From the IMG/VR virus record IMGVR_UViG_3300032116_000067, positions 36,265-100,264 of that record: DNA of 64,000 nt. One strand, written 5' to 3'. How positions within the stretch are numbered: position 1 is the first letter of the stretch; each line of letters begins with the position of its first letter. The DNA comes from a virus. Positions 45,101 through 57,800 of the stretch are shown here, piece after piece. Under the pieces are notes generated by a model. The model made no database searches and had not been told where the DNA came from. It worked only from the letters and a program-made list of their open reading frames with translations. A program made the position numbers and the translations under genes.

Positions 45101-48100
45101 CTTGCTGATCTGATCTTGCATTTTGATACGCTCAGATACTTTTGCATTAGAAGCAATGTTTTCAAAACGCTCAAGAAGATCTGTGAGTTTCTTGATCATC
45201 TCAGCCAGATTAGTATCCTCGTCAGTCTCTTCTTTTAATGTCACTGGAAGAAGGTAATCTTTATTAGGATCAGTATACCTGGTATCAACAGGGCCTATTT
45301 CTACACTCTTAAGGCTGTCAAGTTTCTTTTCACCTACTTTACCTGTATAGTTAAAGTTTGTCTTAATAGGTACAGCGCGAATCTTTCCGAACTTAGTGAA
45401 TCCATAGACATTACGAAGAATATTCACATATTCTTGTAACTGTATCTGATAAGCTTTCTCTTTATACGAAGGAAGCTCGGTTTTATCTTTCCCGATTTCC
45501 TGGCTCTTCCAGTCGTATACGTTTACTGTACCGTCTGGAGTGATGGCGATAAAGTCAATACTACCGGCCATGTCTTGTGTCGGGTCATAGATCTTAATCT
45601 CCCGCATGAAGACAGTATTTGGGTCGTAGCTACTGATCAGCTCTCGAACGTATGAATCAAGGGTATTGTAGTAATCAGTGCCGACATACTGTGACCGTGA
45701 AGCTACTGGGGTAGCCCTGCGTTTGTTTGTATTGGGATCTATATAAGAATCAATGATGTCTTCAATAGTAGCGTGGATCATATCTCCATACTCGGCTTTT
45801 AAGAGATCAAGCTCTTTTTTACGCTTGTCTCTTTTATCCTGGCGGAAGATTGACCGGTAGTAAGGATCCACCTTAGCCGTAGTTACGTTTTTAGAGATAG
45901 CTTTATCACCCCTGTAGTAGATGTGACGCTTCTGCCCGGTCCGGGGATCTACGCTGTTATCCAGACGTAAGAGTTTGGCTTCTTCTTTAAGCTTGGTTAC
46001 TCCATCGTTAAGCTGATAATACGTACCGTCTAGTGATTTAGAAGTGTTAAGATCAGATACATCTGCAGATAAGATCTGCTTGGCAACCTGCTCAAAAGGA
46101 TTGTCTTCTACCCTACTAAAAGATTTAGTAACAAACTCCCAAAGCTTAGCCCACCACTTGTTCAAAAAGCTCAGACGCTCGGGAGTTTCTTTACCCTCGT
46201 TCTGTCTGATGATAGCCTGGGCAACCAGTTTACCTATCGCTTCCTTCTTGAGCTTAACGAAGTTGATGCCCCCGCCAGGTAGTCTGTACTCGGGGCGGTT
46301 CTTGTATTGTTCTACGGTTTCACGATAGAGCTCATAGCTGGTGATCTTGTCCATCATCTCTTTGAGTAAGGGACTATTGTCATCCAGCATCTCTACAAAG
46401 AAGTGAGCGGCTTCTTCCGGCAGAGTACTTAGATCTGCGTTACCTTCTATGATCTCAATGATCTTATTGAGCATATCGGCTTTAGCTATAGCTGATACCG
46501 GCTCACCGTTCATGTCTTTGATCTGATTAACTTTCTCTACAGAGACTCCTATCTTATCAAGGAAGTTCTTGATCTTCTGATCAAGCTCTTTGTTTGTCGG
46601 CAGAGAAGTCTCCTTAGCTATTTGCAAATAGGTTGATGACTGTGTACCTGACTGAGCAACAAACTGCTTGAAGCCTTTTACATCTTGTTCACTACCTAAT
46701 ATGTGAATCTGTTCTGGTTCAAAAACAGCTATTTCTGTATTTCCTCTTATAGCACCCGTCATACCATCTACTCCAATAGCTGATAGCTGTGGTGAATAAT
46801 TTCCTATATATTTTCCATGATCACCTGTAACATAAGGATCATGAGGTATGCCGCTCAGTTCAGAAAGGGCTTTTTCAAAGATTCCTAACCCTTTTTGATC
46901 TTTGAAACTTGTTCTATCAATGATTTCTCTTCTGGTAGATAGATTTTTAACATTTAAGATTACGGATTCAGTATGACTTCTATTGGCATCATATTTTTTA
47001 GTTCGATCAGTATAGAAATAAAAACCGTCTCCTAAAACACCTCCGTCAGAAATACCAATCATATCTTTTCTAAAACCTTCTATTTTGATCTGACCTTTAC
47101 CGCCATCGTGATACACAATATCTTTCACATTACTATCAGGAAATATAGTATCAAGATATTGAGAGTATAGTTGTTGAGCTTGTTGTTTTGCAGACCTAGC
47201 TTTTTCAAATATATAATTTGATTTATCAGTCCCTGAGAAGTTTTCAATTATGTCGGGTCTTTTTTCAAGCAGTTTTAAATAAGCAGTCTTACCTAAACCT
47301 TTTCCTTGATATTCTGTTTCAATAACAGACTGAAAAATACTTGTACCTTCTACTTGAAATTCTCCTATATATTTTCCTTTTAACTTTATTATATAATTTT
47401 TACCCATTGGAGAAGATGGTAAACCTTCTTCAATGGTTATATCATTGTAATTATTAAACCCTAAAGCTTCATATACAGCATTAGCTAATTCAGGATTCTC
47501 CTGAAACAATTCAGCTACACCGGGTTTTACCGTAGAGCTTGCATCTTGATTGGTCTGATAGTAAACAAACTCAGAACGAGACACACCTAGATTATTCGGG
47601 GTGGACAGCACATAATCCTGCTGATCTTTTTCACGTTGAAACAGTCTTTCTTCACTGTTTAACGGACTCATCTTAAGCTTACCGGCATAGATATCTTGCC
47701 AGCTTTTAAAGATGTCTACGTCTGTTTCTTGTGACTTATAATAATAAACAAAGAAGTCAGTGGCTATGACGTTTTCACTTGTCATAGGTACTACTTTTCC
47801 TGTAGCTTTCTCAATAACTTCTCCTTTTTCTGCCCAACCGTTTACCTTTCGCTTAGTAACTCGCACGTCATAACCGGCTGCCGGAATAAAGTAAGCGTAC
47901 GTTGTATAGTTATCACCTTTCCAACCATTATGGACAGGGACTGCACCGATCTGATCCATATAGTTTACAAGATCATTATAATCCTGTACGTCTTCTACTA
48001 TAAAATCAAGATCATGTATAGGCTCCGATGACGGTCTGTAGATCTTCTCGCCTTGTCCTGCAATAGCCAAGCTACCAACTAGCTTAAAGTTAAACTTGTT

Positions 48101-48892
48101 CTTAGTGAACGTATTTATAATATTCTGAGCATGGGGATTGCCATCTAACGCTTTTTGAAAGTCAAGCTGCTCTTTAGTGTTGGTCAGGTTTGCTATGTAG
48201 TTCTGATTACCAGAAAGAACATTGACAGCAATCTTATCAGCTAAGTACTTAGAAGCAAAGACAGCTTCAAGAGGATTAGCAAAAAGAGTATCTAACCTGG
48301 CAAAGAACTCTTTAACGATCTGTTTTACTTTGTTCAGTAATGATTTATCTAGCCCATACTGATCATAGTTTTCCACCATGGCTTGCGCGATCAGCTTTCC
48401 TATGGCTTCAATCTTTACCTGCTTCTCATTATTATAGATCGGCATGTACTTGTCATAAACCTCTTGATATCCAGACCATAGCTTGATCTCGGAAAGCAAG
48501 CTCTTTATGTCTGAGTGGTTCTCTCCCATGAGCATTACGATCATGTGGGCCGCCTCTTCCGGGATAGTATCTTTCCTGCGTTCTTTGTTGTACCAGATAA
48601 GCTTGTTTAAAACATCAGTAGCTCCCAAGGCATCTATACCCAGACGTTGTTTCAAGGATTCAAACTCCTTGGATTTTACTCCAAAAGGCTTAAGGAAGTT
48701 TAAAAGAAAATCATCTAACTCTTTATTAGCCTGGGTAGTCAAGGGGCTTGCCAGCTGGTAGTAATTCCGCATGATCTCATCCATCGTCAGATTTGATCCG
48801 GACATATCCAGCACTTTAGCTGCCAGGGGTTCCGATCGTAAAACAGACAGCGTTTGTTGTACAAGGGGTAAGGACTTATTAAGACACTTCAT
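42137..48892 (-). CDS. giant polyvalent putative virion/ejection protein (2 zincin-like repeats, NTase, GNAT, ART-like, PD-(D/E)XK, helical C-terminal region)
   Basis: PEEAAH twice; LVGS...HDLDF; YQGKGLGK; VYH...GDGFYF...EIAVFEPEQI; GSIDF...YDWKS; adjacent to vRNAP; ATG 48892 preferred. Confidence 0.8.
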   Translation of the reverse strand: MKCLNKSLPLVQQTLSVLRSEPLAAKVLDMSGSNLTMDEIMRNYYQLASPLTTQANKELDDFLLNFLKPFGVKSKEFESLKQRLGIDALGATDVLNKLIWYNKERRKDTIPEEAAHMIVMLMGENHSDIKSLLSEIKLWSGYQEVYDKYMPIYNNEKQVKIEAIGKLIAQAMVENYDQYGLDKSLLNKVKQIVKEFFARLDTLFANPLEAVFASKYLADKIAVNVLSGNQNYIANLTNTKEQLDFQKALDGNPHAQNIINTFTKNKFNFKLVGSLAIAGQGEKIYRPSSEPIHDLDFIVEDVQDYNDLVNYMDQIGAVPVHNGWKGDNYTTYAYFIPAAGYDVRVTKRKVNGWAEKGEVIEKATGKVVPMTSENVIATDFFVYYYKSQETDVDIFKSWQDIYAGKLKMSPLNSEERLFQREKDQQDYVLSTPNNLGVSRSEFVYYQTNQDASSTVKPGVAELFQENPELANAVYEALGFNNYNDITIEEGLPSSPMGKNYIIKLKGKYIGEFQVEGTSIFQSVIETEYQGKGLGKTAYLKLLEKRPDIIENFSGTDKSNYIFEKARSAKQQAQQLYSQYLDTIFPDSNVKDIVYHDGGKGQIKIEGFRKDMIGISDGGVLGDGFYFYTDRTKKYDANRSHTESVILNVKNLSTRREIIDRTSFKDQKGLGIFEKALSELSGIPHDPYVTGDHGKYIGNYSPQLSAIGVDGMTGAIRGNTEIAVFEPEQIHILGSEQDVKGFKQFVAQSGTQSSTYLQIAKETSLPTNKELDQKIKNFLDKIGVSVEKVNQIKDMNGEPVSAIAKADMLNKIIEIIEGNADLSTLPEEAAHFFVEMLDDNSPLLKEMMDKITSYELYRETVEQYKNRPEYRLPGGGINFVKLKKEAIGKLVAQAIIRQNEGKETPERLSFLNKWWAKLWEFVTKSFSRVEDNPFEQVAKQILSADVSDLNTSKSLDGTYYQLNDGVTKLKEEAKLLRLDNSVDPRTGQKRHIYYRGDKAISKNVTTAKVDPYYRSIFRQDKRDKRKKELDLLKAEYGDMIHATIEDIIDSYIDPNTNKRRATPVASRSQYVGTDYYNTLDSYVRELISSYDPNTVFMREIKIYDPTQDMAGSIDFIAITPDGTVNVYDWKSQEIGKDKTELPSYKEKAYQIQLQEYVNILRNVYGFTKFGKIRAVPIKTNFNYTGKVGEKKLDSLKSVEIGPVDTRYTDPNKDYLLPVTLKEETDEDTNLAEMIKKLTDLLERFENIASNAKVSERIKMQDQISKYRKAIRDLHLRKDIRTFIELGSIEVDRYDKMLKNNTLSERDALESLDILKIFSGTTFYFKNYMTELRKAMNEEKNSAMKQVYQDILNRYNSLNSNAEITVKEMKRAIMQLGQKMAEDKAGIQNLLNAETKVGPIAGLFDSLSQISQRAFKAFYRILRDSQAKRDMLFNQSLETLRTLQKELGDWAKARNISPDKMFDGILDMDEKGNWNGQFLRKHKKEAYKVRKKAIEEADINWVKSNMNFDKTWYEKDLASYTKYVMNMTYNTDPQINAAIQQKTINNWIANHNVTANGDNPAAWLNAQNKYLRFNDTWITDKWKNLQKPENAPLLKVYNEFQKLLRKSENLGMIDEYSWGFIPSIYKDKLDQLAFGGSVFTSKGFFEELEVGTDDKYTPKVDPINGKVLLNIPVHFTKDIGEEKEDGTVDYSQKSKDLFKVFGVWSAQMANYETLSEIEDAANILVHVERNKDQIVTNNWGDVVKKNGVAQTVPDNERNAKLLESFVNFYLYNKMGDNTTDSKFKFRDKEYSANKSLRWFMKFFSLKTLALNPISGTAQFVGGTGNALFTAGKKTIFTTKDWATSMYQVTKRDPKTIALLHYADILLEDRKDAFTNELSVSKIVGFNSLDKLYFIQRFSDKAVQYPVAIATMMNHMVDTNGKIVDITKMVKQEFNYDQVYYNVLPAERKALKEKIDARVKELKETKSIYATTKIVKDKLEIPGIDISSKEWFAFKSKIKQVNKTIIGNSTRDDINYARTTQLGMAIMQFRSWMPQMVKERFGKLDYNQDLELYNMGKTRLFFSELIKHPMTIAKSIISSSGTDMIQAAKQRYIEERADAALAGKEFNLTEAEFIDLYIGNIRSQLRELAVVVGMLALIFAAKPGDDEDEERGLRKYITRALEKYYAEFSFYYLPTSFTELVQAPLPVVGLAVDFINFTKATSKQFYGVAVDDTELQEDAKPMKYASRLIPILKEGILMRAIFDDDFRKDWDIRL

Positions 48893-48896
48893 AGGG

Positions 48897-51800
48897 TTAG
48901 AGGTTACACTTTTTGTAGTATTCAAAGTTTTCTTGTTCTGACATCAGCGGGTTAGCATTAGCAGCTGCCCATGTTTTATATGCTGCAGAGTTACGGATCT
49001 GATCATCTGTCTGTGATGCTTCTGGTGCCTGCTGAGTGGCCTCTTTGAAAAGCTGGATGTTTTCTCCAGGTATAACAATATTACCATTAGCTTCTTCAAG
49101 TCTTGGAGAACGAGCTCCTATCTGACCTTCAGCTCTTAGTCCTCTAAAAATAAACCTGGTACCATTCTTATCGTAAACAACATCACCATCTTTTAAATCA
49201 GAGTTGTTTACAGCAGCACGTTGACCAGCAGGACTCCAAATACCTGTAGCATCTTCTCTTGTATATTCTTTAGATGCCAGATAACTAGCCATAGCTACTT
49301 CACCTACATTGTATCCGCTGGTATTATCCAAGTGAGCTTTTGTATCCATGATAAACCGGGCTCTTGCTGCAATAGCTTTATCAATGTTTTGATAAGCACC
49401 CTGAAGCTGTCCATTGTTTACATTTACAAAACGCTGTCCTCTGTTTCCATTAGAAGAAACATAAATAAGATCAGAAGAGCTGTAGTTACCTGTATTAGCC
49501 AGACCTACCTGAGCGTATGCGTTTTCCATACGCTGAGTAGTAGAGTCATTACCTCCACCGGTACCGATAAACTGAGTTGCTTGACGGATCTTAAATAGTT
49601 CTTTAGGCAAGTGCTTCTTAGCAGACTCTTTCACATAACCAGGAGCAGTCACGATAGCTTCTACTTGCTTTTGTTTTGCAGCTACATCACTCGTAACAGA
49701 TCTGCTTTGCTGACTAGCTACTGGAACTACTTCATAGATGTATCTAGACTGCTTACCATCAACAAACTTTTCTGAAAACTGCTGGTTCTTTTGGAAGTCA
49801 GCCCAGTCTTTAAAGCCTTCTGCTTTAGCAAATTCATCACCGGCCCAAGTTCTACCTGTATCACTGGTAGTGACAAGCACGCTATCACCAATGTATTCAA
49901 CGTCAGCTTGACCTTGATATGTCAACTTTACTTGAGTTCCGTCTGGTAATGTATAAATACCATTAGCAAGTTTAGAAGTGCGGTTCGTTATAGTTTTTGT
50001 ACCTGCTTTAATCTTAGCAATATTTCCAGGCTGCATAGCTAAAGAAGCTGCCGGTTGACTAGTACTAGTGACCGAAGCAGGCTGACTAGCTATGAAAAAC
50101 TTACTCTGAGCAGAAGCTACTACCAAAGGTTCTGTCTGTTGAGGAATAACCGGCTTGACTATACTTCCTGGAGTAGTAATAGAGATATTGTTTTCAGGTA
50201 TGTGAGTGTTTTGCAAAGCTCCAGTGTTTAGATCTACGGTATGGTTCTGAGGGAGAATAGAAGGCCGGTTATCAGTATACACCTCTACAAACCTAAAACC
50301 GTCTCCAAGCTTCTGTATAGGACGGAAGACTGCTACGGCTCCATCTCCCATATCTACATCACTCTGTACTTTCTCATATATCACAGTTTCATAAACTTCA
50401 TTGTAACGCTTTTGTTTTAGAAGTTCTCTTTTGCGTTCTTCGTTACTCCGACCTTTGATATCCGGTCGTACAAAAACCCTAGCTACATAATCATATTCAG
50501 CATCCACATAGTCAGTACTTATCAAGATGTTGTTTGTTGTTTTGTCAATCTTGACAAACTTGACCTTAGGTGTGATGGAACTGTTCTTCCAGTTGTTTTG
50601 ATGGAACTGTCTCCACACCAGCTGCGGATCCACTGCTATACCGCTGTTCGTAAAGTTGGTCATGATCTCATTAACCACCCGGGTGTACAGATGTACGGGA
50701 AGGATCTTATTGAAGTTCAAACCACCTTCTTGAAGACCTGTCTGCAAGATAGCAAAAGTACCTAAGTTCTCCACGAAATTCTGTAGAGCTGTGTTACCGG
50801 TAGCTTTAGCGTAAGTGTAAAGGTTCTCTACAGACTCGATCAGAACGTTGTTCTTATAGGTATCCATCCTGTTCTTAAACAGTTTGATGTTATCTACCTG
50901 TGTAGAGTCAGAGTTCAATATCGGTAGCAGCTCTTTTACAACCAGGTTTTCAGAGATGTTTGGATCATTCAGCTCACGCAGATACTTCAACTGCTTACCC
51001 ATAGACATGGCCCCTTTCATCAGACTCTCGTATTGTGCGTTCAGCGAGGTCTGCATACCGTTCTTGATGTACGGGGTAGTCTGAATGATATAAGTGATGA
51101 AGAAGTTCTGGTACTTGTTGATCAGCTCTGCTTGATCTTCCACACCCATCTCAATCTCTGGATTGTTGATCTGACGTTTCAGCGGTTCAAAAGCCGGTTG
51201 AGCTTTCGGGTGCAGAGACATAAAGAACTCCTTAAACAGATTAGGAAGATCCTCTTTCTGAGATTTCATCTCTCCAATGAACGTATCCAGGATAGCTTCA
51301 GGGTTAGCAATAAACTTGCTTTCTGTCATCTTGTTCCAGCGGCTATTCTGCAGCTCGTTCTCAATGATAGACTTAGTTCTGGTGTTATCGTAACCAATAG
51401 CCTTGATAAACTGCTTGAGGAAACGAGACTGCTGACTGTACTCTAAATAATCAACAAGCATGCCCAACTGGAACCGGGCATCTTTTTCGTTCAGCTTATA
51501 CCCTTCAGCATGATAGTTCTTGATAGCATTTCTTAACTGCTCTGTTTTTACCTGTTTGTTTTCTTCTTGGATGCTTACCAAAATCTCTCCAGTTTTCTCA
51601 CGTATTGCTTTAATTGCCTTACGTAAGTTCATGATCTCCCGGTTCTTATACCTAAAGTCATAGTCACCTTTTTCAAGATTGTCAATCTGATTCATCAAGT
51701 TTGTGACGTTCTCATAAGTATCTTTTAGATCAGGAATCTGATTCATGTACGGAGCAGCTACTTTAAGCATCATGATGAAGTTAGACATGTTGTCTCCGTT

Positions 51801-54800
51801 CGTCTTCTTAAAGTAAGACTGGTTCTTTGCCTGTTCTTTGAAGTACTGGTCAATGATCGGCTGATTGAACATGTAACCTATATCTTGAACCGGTACACCT
51901 AACTTCTGCAGATAAAACCACGTATCAGCTGTAGCCAGGTTCAGGTTGAGCTCAAACACAAAAGGATCTTTAGCCGCATCCACAAAACCAGTAAGAGCTT
52001 CGGAAATCAGTTCTGATATCCAGGCACCACTCTGATCTTGCTTAGCGTACAAATAAAGCTCACCTTCTTTGTTCTTATTATGCTTTAGACGAATCACTAT
52101 ATCTTTTGTACGCATGCCGGGGAACAGGTACTGCAGTCTCTTAGGATCGTACGTACCTGTAAGTTTAAGACCGGCAATCTGAGCCATAGTGTGTGATGTG
52201 GTATGAAGAGCCGCGGTGCCCACCATTGTTTTACCGGTGATATAACGCTGACGTACTTCCGCCATAGGAACAAACTTTCTTAAAGCAAGGATAGACTTCT
52301 CAGCGTCCTTTTTACCCTTAAGTTGTTTCATCTCATCGGCCATGTTCTTTAGCGTGGTAGCACCGTTTGTTACAACTAGCTGACGATAATTTTCCGGAAG
52401 AGCCACCAGTTCTTGCATAATCTCTTTAAACCGGTTCTGCAGACTCTTCTTTTCATACTTATGAACAAATTCATTTACAAAATCAGTTTCATCATTGGGA
52501 GCGTCTTCTCCAAAGATGGTGTTAATCAACTGATTAGTAGCTACAGTTGTCCGCGTTTTCTCAGCATACATCTGCTTGGCAATCTCAGTAAGCTGCTCTT
52601 CGGTCAGACCTCTTTCCAGGTATTTTATCTTACCCCCAACAACATAGTAGTTAGAAAGATAGATGTTCAGTTTATCAATGTCAAAGTCAGATCCGGCTTT
52701 ACCTACGATCTCAGAAGGTACTACCATCATATCTCCCATCTCTTGAGGCAGGAATCCTTTGATGACCATGTTCTCAATAGAGTTCATACCCTGGGTTGGG
52801 ATACGGAAACCGACAGCTTTGAGAAGCTCACTATCGAACCACTCAGGTATGATCATATTACCATCTTTGTCTTTAACAAACTGGTACACCCCGTTGGTCA
52901 GTTTCAGTCCCATGTCTTCCGGAGAAACACCATCAAAGAACCAGGGAAGGTATACTTCCATACCCTGGATGCTACCGTTAACGTTACGATAGAACTTCAG
53001 GTCATTAGAGGTAGCCCGGATGGTTTTCTTCTCGTCTTTGGTCAGTTCTTTATCTCCTACTTCCTCATAGATTCCGTCTTTATTCAGGTACATGAAGGTC
53101 CGGTTACCAGCCTCGAAGCCCGTAGAAGCAACCTGTACGGCAGCCTTACCAAACATCTTTTCAGAGATCACCCGGCTGTCAACAATAGAGTTAAGAATGT
53201 TATCAATCTTATTACGGTTAGCCAGGGTATCAAACTTATACATCAGTCCAGTACCGTCGGCAGTAGGCTGAATAGCGTCGATTAGATTGTTTGGAAGATC
53301 TCGCTTTTCAAGCTCGTCCCGCAAAAGCTGGATCATGTTCTTAATATTAGCTACAATGTAGCTACCATCTTCCATCCTTTGTATACCTAGCTCTTCTAAG
53401 AGCTCTTCTTTGCCTAGACGGATCATATCTACCAGAACATCATTGTATTCTTCGATCAGCTCTCCAGCACGTTGTGAAGTAAACTCTCCATTGACTTTAA
53501 AATTGGTCATCACCAGTTTAGTCACCTGAGTACCGCGTACAACTTTTGTTTTAGCAATACCGGGTACTTCTTGCTGAATACCGTAGTACCGGGTATAGAG
53601 TTCCTGGACCGGCAGGTCTTCTGGAAAGTTTACCGACTTGGTGTTACCCCTCTCATCATATTCTACAGTAGCATTAGCCTGTCCGTTGTTGTCATAGATT
53701 GGTAAGAATTCACCTTTATTGTTCAGCATGTTGCCTACTTTCTGACCCGACTCATAACCAATGATGTCTACTTGATTATTTTGAGCACCCAAATAGATGT
53801 TCTCAAACTGTGTGTTCTCCACATGACGGTAAAACTTAGGCTGTACTGAGTGCTTAAGAAACACCGTCTGCATCAGACTGGAGTTCTTTGCATAACCAAA
53901 GTATTGAGGCTTAAGCGGTTGCATGATAGCCCCGGGACTACCCGCTTTGACTATCTGCTTAAACTGCTCCATCTGCTCCTTAGTATAGATCTTAGAGTAG
54001 TCTTTGTATGCTGGATGGTTTTTACGTTTCTGGCTACGGCTTACAATCTCATAGGCTTTTTCATACTCCCACTGGCGAAGCTGTTCTTTGCTAAACTTAG
54101 CTGACAGGTAAAGCATATCCCGGTAGAAATCCGGCATGATATACCCCTGACCATCTTGCTCGGTAAGGTCTATGTAACCTTTGATCTCACCAGTAAACTT
54201 CTTATCCTTGTCTAAGATGAAGCTTTTGAACTTACCATTCTCGTCAAATCGTACACCAATCCTGGCTTCAGCTGCAGATTTGCTAAGATCTTCTCTCATT
54301 GACGCATACATACCCTCTGCAATGTCTTTATAGAAAACAGACAAAGCGGTTACATCCTGAAAAGAGACGTTCTTAAACGTCTGGATTACATCGGCACTAC
54401 GAGACTTACCATCAAGACGAGGCATGTTAGCATCCATCCACTTGATAACTTCATGGTTATCAACGATGGCGTCTTTAGTAGAGTTTGCACCATTAGCCCG
54501 CTTAGCCAGATCTTTATAGATAACTGGGTGACCGAAGATCAACTTGTGCTGCTCAGTAACCGCGATCTCTTTATTGACAGCAAGATAAGTCATCAAGGAC
54601 TCTATCTCGGCCTGGTTCATCTTATCTCCGGTCAAGTTCAAAGTAGCTAAGAGTTCATGGCTGATAGCTTTTGTACTGTATTCGTAGACCGGACTGCCGG
54701 TAGAAGTGTTGCCTATCTGTACCCGAATTATAATATCCAGGTCCATGAGTCCCTGCAGAGTTTCCTCAGTCAAGGTCATAATGTGCAGCTGAATAGCTTC

Positions 54801-57800
54801 GGTTACTGCAGGTTTATTCAAAAAGGCTTGCTTGGTCATTTCACCGGTAAGCACTTTATCAGTAAACTCTTTTACCAGATTGTCACCCAGGATTTCACGA
54901 TAGTGACCCAGCTTCTTAACCTCTTTAGAATAATACTGAATATTGCTGGGTACCTGCTGTTCCCGAATAGCAGCATCCATCTCATCTTCTAACTGATCAA
55001 GATAGATGTCAATGACATTCTGGAAATCCGGAGAAGTAATCTCTGCAGAAGCATCCCGATAACTAACAAAGCTTTGATTGATACCGATACCGAATTCAGT
55101 ACTCTTGTCAGAGTTAATAATCGTATAGTGAATATTCTTAAGCAGATAGTGGATCTCCTGCATCACCCGGTCCGGGTAAGTGAGGTCAGCAGTATTTGTA
55201 CCGTCACTATTCTGCTGAGCTACCCCGGAAATCAAATGATAATTCAGATCCATGTTGGACCGCTTGTTTCCGTCTTCATCAAAGATAAGACCGCCCTGAC
55301 GGAGCAACAGACTACGTGACTGATACGGATGCAGAACTACGGCCCCGCTTCCGTCTATGTATCCAAACTGCGGATTACTTGTAACAAAGTCAGCCAGCGT
55401 CTTAGCGTCGTTCAGTGAGTTCAGAACATAAGTAACGTTAGAAGGAAGTGTGATAGAATATTGAGGCTTACCGTCTGCGGTAAAGTGCATAAGCACGTTA
55501 TCCTCAGCGTTATACTCTACTTCTATGTCTATCAGATCATTGATTGCTTTGTTAACAATGTTCGGACTATAAAGCTCTGCCATAGTGTTAATGGTACCGT
55601 CCGCGATCTTCTCACGGATAGCACTAAAGCTTCTGGCAATAACTACCTTGTGCTTCTTAAGTTGCTCATTGTCAACAGAAAACTTGACACCAACCTGTCC
55701 CAGGATCTCAATCATTTGATTGAACGTGGGTCGGCCCATCATGAAGTAAGGCTTGGACGTGTTAGCCGGATTGCCTTTATAAACATGACTCTCGCGGTCT
55801 ATTACAATCAAACCGTTATCAGCTACTCCCAATAGGGTCTCCGGGCTTTTACGAGAAAGAGGTTGAACAGTAGTCATTACATTGTTCTCCCACTGCTCCC
55901 GAATCTTTACCTGAGAGTTTGTCTGTATAGGATCGGTATCAAAGATGTAGCCGTTTTCTCCAATGATTGTCTTAACCGGAAGGTTTTGTTTATTCATCAA
56001 AGACTTCTCAAAACCTATCATTAGGCTGATATCATCAGCAGTGATCTTTGCTGAATTAAAGTACGCACCCTCGGCACCTGCATACTTCACACGGTTCTTC
56101 AGACGCTGAATCCAAACGTAACCAGGTTTGTATCTACCATTTGGCAGCTTATACTTCTGATCCAGTTTGTTGAACATGTCTGTTAATGCGTCAATAAACC
56201 GACCCCCCTCTATGCGGGAAGCTGATCCATTCAGCTCATTGATCAGTAGATTATGAACATCATCAAAGTCAACCATCTTAGGTAGGCCCAGGTTGTTCTT
56301 TTCAAAGACAATACCCATTGGGTTATTATCTGATTTCGCTACTTCGTTATACGCATCACTAGTGAGTGAGCCAATAAGCATGCGGAAGTTTACAGCGGTA
56401 AGTCTCCGGGGATCTATAAAAATACTATCCCTTATACCCAAGGCATCCGTAACTGAGTCTTCTTTTTTACTAACAAACTCTTCATCGTCCTGGTTAGTGG
56501 ACTCCTTAAACTGAAGACCGAACTTCTTCAATGAAGTCTTCAGATTATTGTATATCTCTTTAGGATAAGCAAAAGCCTGCTCAATCTGATGAGCGTTACG
56601 GTTCTGATTAAGATACTGGGTATAGACATAAGTCAGTTCTTCTTGAGTCAGTTCACGACCCAGTTGAGCACGAACCGGATTAACATAACGTTCGGCAAAG
56701 ATAGAAGACGAACCAATCAAGTACTGCTTCATGTCTTCCATACTCTGAACAAACAGTTCTCTTAGCAGCTGATTAGTTTTGGCTCCTTTGTCAATCAGAC
56801 TGTCAATGTTCTTCTGACTTTTATACAGATTCATGAAGAAGAACCCTGTAAGTCCTTCTGTAAACTGAGTACTGAATTCCTGGGTAGTTCCCGGGATAGC
56901 TTGAGCATACACTGTACCCATAGCTTTGACATCCCGAACAGTCTTGGCGTTTGCGTACTTACCCTTATTGATGGACTTATAAACATCATTGATCAGCTTT
57001 TCAGCTTCTGATTTGTTTGACAAACCAAACCAAGCTTGGATAGCTTCCCACAGTTCTTTGAAGAATGCCAGGATCTTTCCGCCGTATGTACTACGTTCAA
57101 GCATGTAATCCCGCATACCTTCAGCCAACATCTCTCGTACGTCGTACATAGAGGCTTGACTATAAGGTTTGGTCTCTTTCGTGAACGGGTTAGTAAACTC
57201 TCCTTTAAGAGAACGGAACGCCTTAGCCAACTCTACCTGCTCTTCTACAGTCAGATAGCTTCCCCATACTGCTTCAAACGCTTCGTGGAAACCGGTTCCT
57301 TCTTCTGCATTCTCAGCAAGATATACGGCACCATCTTTAAAAGCACCCCAAGCTATACCGTCGATCATCTGGGCTACTTTTTCCAGAGGTATCTGCGGGA
57401 GCTTCTTACTAAACCAAGCCGACAGTTTTTTAAAGTCTTCGTTCTTTTTGACAGTATCTAAAGCTAATCGGTATACATTGTTTACTTTGTCATCTGGAGC
57501 ACTAATGCTCGGCAGACTTTGCTGATACTGATCAGAAAGTATCTTATCAATCAGAGAGCTTGTCTGAGGAGCAGCTGTCTGCGTTGTCGGAGCTACCGGA
57601 GCAGGAGGCGGAGCTACCTGTCCAGGCATGGCAAACGGATTAGCAGTAACAGGGGGATCCTGTACAGGAGCTTGGGGTTGACCACCTGACGGTATAAAGA
57701 AGTTCAGACCAGCAGGAGCTGCCGGTTGAGCTGGTTGAGGTGGTTGCTGTACCGGTGTAGAAGGTATAAAGAACGGATTCTGTGCTACCGGAGCAGCTTG

